The notes beneath the pieces were generated by a model. It was not told where the DNA came from. It made no database searches and saw nothing but the letters and a program-made list of their open reading frames with translations. DNA of 64,000 bases from Octopus sinensis (Eukaryota), in assembly GCF_006345805.1 (NCBI RefSeq), contig NC_043002.1, forward strand, positions 20,460,001-20,524,000, written 5' to 3'. This document shows positions 61,201-64,000 of this stretch, in pieces. How positions within the stretch are numbered: the stretch's first letter is position 1; every line of letters starts with the position of its first letter. The position numbers and the translations under genes were made by a program.

Positions 61201-63454
61201 ATGTTACTGTTAAGTGTATTGCACTATACTGCTCTCTGCTACACTACGGATTATATAATTTTTTCTGAACAAACCTATCAGTTGTGTTCTCCATTTTATA
61301 AACTATCCACATATATATATAGTCGGTCTTTTAATTAGAAGTTTTAAATTAAAATTTCTCATTAGAAGCCATCTAGGTTGCTGATGACTTTTTAATTAAA
61401 TTTCTGATTAATGATTTCTTTCTTTACTGGCCATTTGGTTGGTAACGGCTGGTTTTTAATTGGATCTCTAATGGCTCTGAGGTTAAAGCACTGGACTGCT
61501 AACTAGCTGAGTTGTGAGTTCAAATCTGCACTGAAGTCATTGGCTTACTTTTGATTGATGTTTAATGCTTTAGCATTCAGATTACTCTGTAAAGCTTATT
61601 TGTTCACATTGATTTGAATTAATCATTCATTATCTCATTGCTTTGAGATTTTGGTGATGCAACTCTACTCTTTTCTCTTTTACTTGTTTCAGTCATTTGA
61701 CTGCGGCCATGCCTGAGCACCGCCATTAGTCGAGCAAATCGATCCCGGGACTTATTCTTTGTAAGCCCAGTACTTATTCTATCGGTCTCTTTTGCTGAAC
61801 CGCTAAGTGATGGGGACGTAAACACACCAGCATCGGTTGTCAAGCAATGCTAGGGGGACAAACACAGACACACAAACACACACACACATGCATATATATA
61901 TATATATTATATATATATACATATATACGACAGGCTTATTTCAGTTTCCGTCTACTAAATCCACTCACAAGGCACTGGTCAGCCCGGGGCTACAGTAGAA
62001 GACACTTGCCCAAGGTGCCACGCAGTGGGACTGAACCCGGAACCATGTGGTTGGTTAGCAAGATTCTTACCACACAGCCACTCCTGCACCAACTGTTTAT
62101 TTTTAGAATGATAGTATAGGATAGGTGTGAGATCACAGATCTGGCTTGTGGGATCATAGAACTGGTAGAATATTTTGGTTGGATATGACCAGTTTAAATG
62201 CTAAGGGATTACAGTAAACAAATTTACTTATTTTCTGTTGTTGCTGTTGTTGTTATCAGTACTATGTCGGTTCTGATTTAGCAAACCTGTGATGGAAGAT
62301 ATTCAAACCAAGATCATCTCATAGTTTTATCCAAACAAAAAAATATACCCAAGACTTATCTTATGTATTCTTACATTATTTAACTCTTAATACCATTTTC
62401 CCATTGAAATATGCTGTCTTTGTTTCAATTAATTTAAAAATTAACCAGGAATTCAATAAAATGATTTTGTCATTATTGAGCTGGTGTTTGTTACATAAAT
62501 TCACATGACATTTTGATGGAAGGTTTTTTTTTTAACTTGGATAACTTTAAAACAGGAGGTTTGTACCATAGGTCCAACGATGGTCTCAGGCTGGCTGGTG
62601 GCAAAAGGGTTAAAATGATATGGTATAATATAGTGGAGATTTGGCTGCTATTATCAGTAGGTCAATCAAGATGGTGAGCTAGCAGATTCATTGTCATGTT
62701 TAGTGGTATTTCTTCCATCTTTATGTCTTGAGTTCAAATTCCACTGAGGTCAGCTTTGCCTTTAACCCTTTTGGGATCAATAAAATAAGTACCAGTTATA
62801 CACTGGGGTCAATGTAATCAACTAACCGCCTCCCTCAAATTTCAGGCCTTGTACCTATAGTAGAAAAATTTATTAGTATGTTGATCTATCATTTAGAGGA
62901 TGTCTCACGATAGATCATATTGGTAATGATAGTGGTATTGTTGTTGCTGTTCAGCCATGATCCATCAAACGAACCATGATAGATGTTGTAGCTGAAAACA
63001 CTCCATCTTTTGTTTTAGACAATGTGTTACTTTTAAAGGTAGTAGTGTGTGATTTAAGGGAGAGTTGGCTGTTATTTCATGCATGTTGAGCAACCATTTA
63101 TACGTTCCTTTATTAGTTCATATTCATGTTGGTGGTGTTGCTGTGGTGGTTGTGTTGGTAATGGTAGTGGCAGTGGTGATTTTGTTTAGCCCCAGGCCAT
63201 TGTTAACCCATCAGAACTATGATCAAATGCATTTAGGCCATGCCCAATTCATCTTTTATTCACAATTAGTGTATCTAGGAACATATGATTTGTATTAGGA
63301 AGAACATTCAGCTACCAAAATAATTATTCCAACAATATACAGATTTGTCTAAGATGTTTAGCTCTTGTGCTAAGAAAAGAAAAATTCATTTACAAATTTG
63401 TGTGTGTGTGTAAAAATGAAAAGAAAAAGTTTTACAATTGACACATTTTAATTT

Positions 63455-63716
63455 CAGCGTGGAAGGTGTTTATAAGCCATTTAAAAACACACAAAAACTG
63501 TTAGATTCAATTCAACATTTAAATTTAATTTGCCAAAATATTTTTGTCACTTTGAGAACGTAACCTGTTCACTGAGAAAATTCTGTATACTGCACAGAAT
63601 TTTGTCAGTGAACAGGTTGCGGTCTCAAAATATTTTGGCAAATCTAATTTAAATGTTGAATTGAATCTAATGGTTTTTGAGTGTTTTTAAATGGCTTATA
63701 AACACCTTCCACACTG
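63455..63716. repeat. ~120-bp-arm palindromic element (foldback MITE or Penelope-like terminus)
   Basis: CAGCGTGGAAGGTGTTTATAAGCCATTTAAAAACAC... / ...GTGTTTTTAAATGGCTTATAAACACCTTCCACACTG. Confidence 0.85.
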
Positions 63717-63837
63717 CAATTGTTTTTGTTCCAGCACACGATCTCAGATCAGGTCACTTGTTATGCAAGTACATCTCTATAACTGGTATTCGAGTACTAT
63801 TTTTTTACACCTTGTTTCACATTTATGTATTTACTCT

Positions 63838-63908
<71 letters not shown>

Positions 63909-64000
63909 AGCTGTTGAGTATTCCAGTTATTCAATCAACTAAAAGCTGTACTTATTGAATTATATTGTAAGTGGCTGAGTATTCCATAGACACTTGTAAC

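Noticed and set aside
44311-64000. Final MMAB exon (LSDYLF...)
   Set aside because: No acceptor followed by an LSD-F/Y frame found by eye; probably beyond the window, though I may have missed it.

Overview
AT-rich, repeat-saturated animal genomic DNA; the SINE/RTE repertoire and microsatellite density suggest an octopus or other coleoid cephalopod (inference). Host genes found: (i) three internal coding exons of MMAB (cob(I)alamin adenosyltransferase) on +, at 28165-28262, 43119-43183 and 44251-44310, with the remaining exons apparently outside the window; (ii) an intronless class A GPCR (14681-15574, +) that appears to lie inside an MMAB intron. The rest is nested transposon debris (CR1/L2 and RTE LINEs, Tc1/mariner, MULE, hAT, piggyBac, Helitron MITEs, tRNA-SINEs, Penelope-like palindromes with hammerhead cores) and simple repeats; most short ORFs are artefacts. 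Most unusual: a ~0.7 kb-arm inverted duplication of a LINE ORF1-like sequence (~9675-11845). By hand count about 100 arm-to-arm differences give G-U pairs in the + strand RNA and only about 4 give A-C, and adenosines preceded by G are nearly always spared. This matches ADAR A-to-I hyper-editing, apparently written back into the genome by reverse transcription. All alignments and counts were done by eye; repeat boundaries are approximate.
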